A stretch of 64,000 nucleotides of DNA from Rhizophagus irregularis (Eukaryota). This document shows positions 61,162 to 64,000 of this stretch, piece after piece. Position 1 is the stretch's first letter. Each line of letters begins with the position of its first letter. Location: contig NC_089431.1 of the NCBI RefSeq assembly GCF_026210795.1, positions 3,038,001 through 3,102,000 of the forward strand, read 5' to 3'. The position numbers and the translations under genes were made by a program. Under the pieces are notes generated by a model, which saw nothing but the letters and a program-made list of their open reading frames with translations, was not told the origin of the DNA and ran no database searches.

Positions 61162-64000
61162 TTCTGATAAATAATAAAATATTAGGTTATAAATACGCGT
61201 CATTATTTGAAAAGAAAAATAAAATTAAGTACCTTTTTAACACAGTATATCAACAAAAAAAAATAAAATAAAATAAAATAAAATAAAAATAAAAATAAAT
61301 AAAAAAAAAGGGGGGTCAATACAAAATATTATAGAGGATGAGAGAAAAAGAAGAAATTCAGATAAACCATCGAAAAGATTGTAACTAAGCGGGTTATTTT
61401 ATATTCACTCTTCAAGTGGAATCTATGATAACAAAAATATCATCAGAACCGTGGGAATCAAAATCAACTCAAATCAACAATCACCAAAACTGCTATATAA
61501 GGAATGAGTCACTATACTCTCTCTCATAGGTACGAGATCACTAAAAAGACAATGGACAATCAGCAATTTACTTTTATGTAAATGCTAAATAATATGGTAT
61601 CTTTCTTTATCAGGAATCCTAACAGTTTGTTTATACAGATAAGTCCGATAACAAAAAAAATGTTCTCTTGGAAGTTGGAATTTTTTCTCCTTTTATAATG
61701 ATTATTTTATAAAAATTTTTCATTAAGATGACTTTCTAATCGTAATACTTGATTTGTTTGACTTACCTCTTTATTAAATATGACATTTTATCGGCAAACA
61801 AATTTGTTATCAGATACCGTTGTTTGAATTCAAATACCGATTGTTCAAAAGTATATTGTACTAAATTCTTATTTTGGTAAGTATACAAAAAATAAGGAAA
61901 ATCACGAATTTCCTATCTTATAAAGAAATAAGGAAAGTCATTGGTACAGTATTACATAAACTATTCCTATCTCATCCACAATCATATTTTTATGGAGTAA
62001 TGAAAAAAAGCGAGCGAAAAAAAATTCAACCGATAATTCCGGTAATTTCTTGAGTAATTGTTTATAATCATATAATCGTAAATATCATTAAATATTAATA
62101 AATTTAGAAAATCATTTTTCTGTTAAATTCCATAAAAAATAGTTGATAAACCTGTAATTGTCAACTTTTAAAGTTTATTTGTGATGCTTATCTTGAAAAT
62201 TCATCGTTTGTCATGAGTCATTTCACCGATGATCTGATTATCTATGATCGATAACTGAAAAAGATACCGATATGATACCGTATTTTGTATGTGTGTTTGT
62301 GTTTCATACGTAATTTCAACTAAATGTTTAAATGGTTATTATATTATAATTTTTTATTTTAATGTAAATTGCAACTTGGTTGATCTTTTTTTAATTTTTA
62401 ATTTTCGTCCCTGATATTCTCTTTTGACCAGCCTTTTTTTTTCTCTCACCAACATCTAGATTACTATTAATCTTTTTTGGGTTTAACCGGGGACATCGGA
62501 TTTTCTTTTTTGTTATATCATTTGTCGTTTGTTTTGTAAATATTACCCCATAATATATATAATTAACACATGTCGATCCAGGAAAACACCCCTTATATTA
62601 CTTAACGTCAAATATACAATAGTATAATGAGTCAAAAAAAAGTAATAGAAATCATGGAATTTGGGGAAAAAATCATGCGAAAGTTGTAGACAAATGGATC
62701 ATGAGAACAAAAAAAAAATCCTTTTAAAGAACAACGGTGATATAATATACGAAAATTTTCCGTGTTACATTCCCAAGTTTGGTTTAGTTGATTTTTAATC
62801 AGAAAAAATCATTTTTCTCATACAACCATTTCCTATATAGATTCAATAAAGATTATCATTATTATATTCATTTTTAAAATAGTGTCAATCACTTTTTTTT
62901 TTTGACATTGGCGATTCTTTTTATAGTGAGTAAAGGTGAGAATTTTTTTTTATCTTTGAATATGATTGATAGATAAAAAAACAATCATTATAGAAGTATT
63001 TATATATTTAAATTTAACCTTATTTATATGTTATTATTTATATTTTAAGTTTAGTTTAAAGCAAATAAATAACATCATAACTGAAATAAGTTTTTTTGTA
63101 AATATTATTTATATGTAAATAGGAAATGTAATATAAGTAATAAAGAATCAAATATTGTAATTTTAGTCTAATTTGGTAATTGGGTTTATATTAACTATAA
63201 TTAATCAAATGATATTTAAATCAGAATAATATTATAAAATTATATTTTAAAAATATTACTTATTGTTATTACATATGAATGATAATTGGTTTTTACATAA
63301 TATAACAGATAGATATTAACTAATCTTTACTAAAATTTAGCAACTAAATTAATTTTTTTGCAATATACTTTTATTTTACAATTTACATCATTTATATACT
63401 TTGAAAATAATTACATTTTATAAAATTTTATAAAACTAAAATTAAGTTAATTTTAACCTTTAATCTTGATTTTTCAAATATTAAAATAGTTAAATTAGAT
63501 GTTAAATGATCATCTATAATTATTAAAAAAATAATAAAAAGTATTTTGAAAATATTTTAATATTCAATAATTAGAATTTAATAATTTATAATTCATTTAA
63601 AAGTTTTAATTAAAATAGATCAAATAATAATAAAATTATATCAATGGTATCAATATTGTATTTTACTTTAAATTTTAGATATTTTTTTTATTTAGATTTC
63701 AATATTTTTTATATTATTAAATTGAATTTTTCTAATTATTATCAAAGGTAATGATCACTAATAACTTGAAATTATGATAATTGGCCAGTATTAAAAAAAT
63801 ATAGTGCTGGTAAAAATTGATAATTTTAGCCAATAGTGATGATCATTCCTGGCAATTTAAAATAAAAATCTACTAAATTTGATTTATTAAAAAGAATTTA
63901 AAATATTTAAATTTTTATAATTTAATATTATATTATCAAATATATTCTAGTAATATTTAAACAATAAAAATGTAATTTAACTAAATATCATATCCCTTAA

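Overview
AT-rich, intron-dense eukaryotic DNA, most consistent with an arbuscular mycorrhizal fungus (Glomeromycotina, Rhizophagus-like). This is inferred from composition, short introns, U12-type introns and protein style, not from a search. About 24 genes can be traced by hand: dolichyl-diphosphatase (partial), Rad9-like clamp subunit, a small orphan membrane protein, a roughly 50-intron VPS13, RBX1, a membrane RING-H2 ligase, MnSOD, a SET/MYND protein, mitochondrial S6, LSM5, eIF2B-gamma, a P/Y/N-repeat membrane protein, a Dph6-like ATPase, TRS20/TRAPPC2, an RS/RD+RRM protein, BAP31, ORM1, TMEM128-like, TAF12, SconB/MET30, a TauD/ATP-grasp fusion, an HxxxDG acyltransferase, a PPR-like protein, RidA and an FHA kinase. 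There is also a subtilisin pseudogene, a MITE and a relic zone at 21.2-24 kb. Best leads: (1) a divergent, intronless TauD/ATP-grasp fusion plus acyltransferase pair that looks like a small NRPS-independent biosynthetic unit; (2) a NELF-E-like protein with a candidate C-terminal cap-binding-complex motif; (3) two minor-spliceosome introns and two GC-AG introns; (4) convergent genes whose coding sequences overlap; (5) a captured VPS13 exon-intron fragment. All family assignments come from motif recognition by eye.
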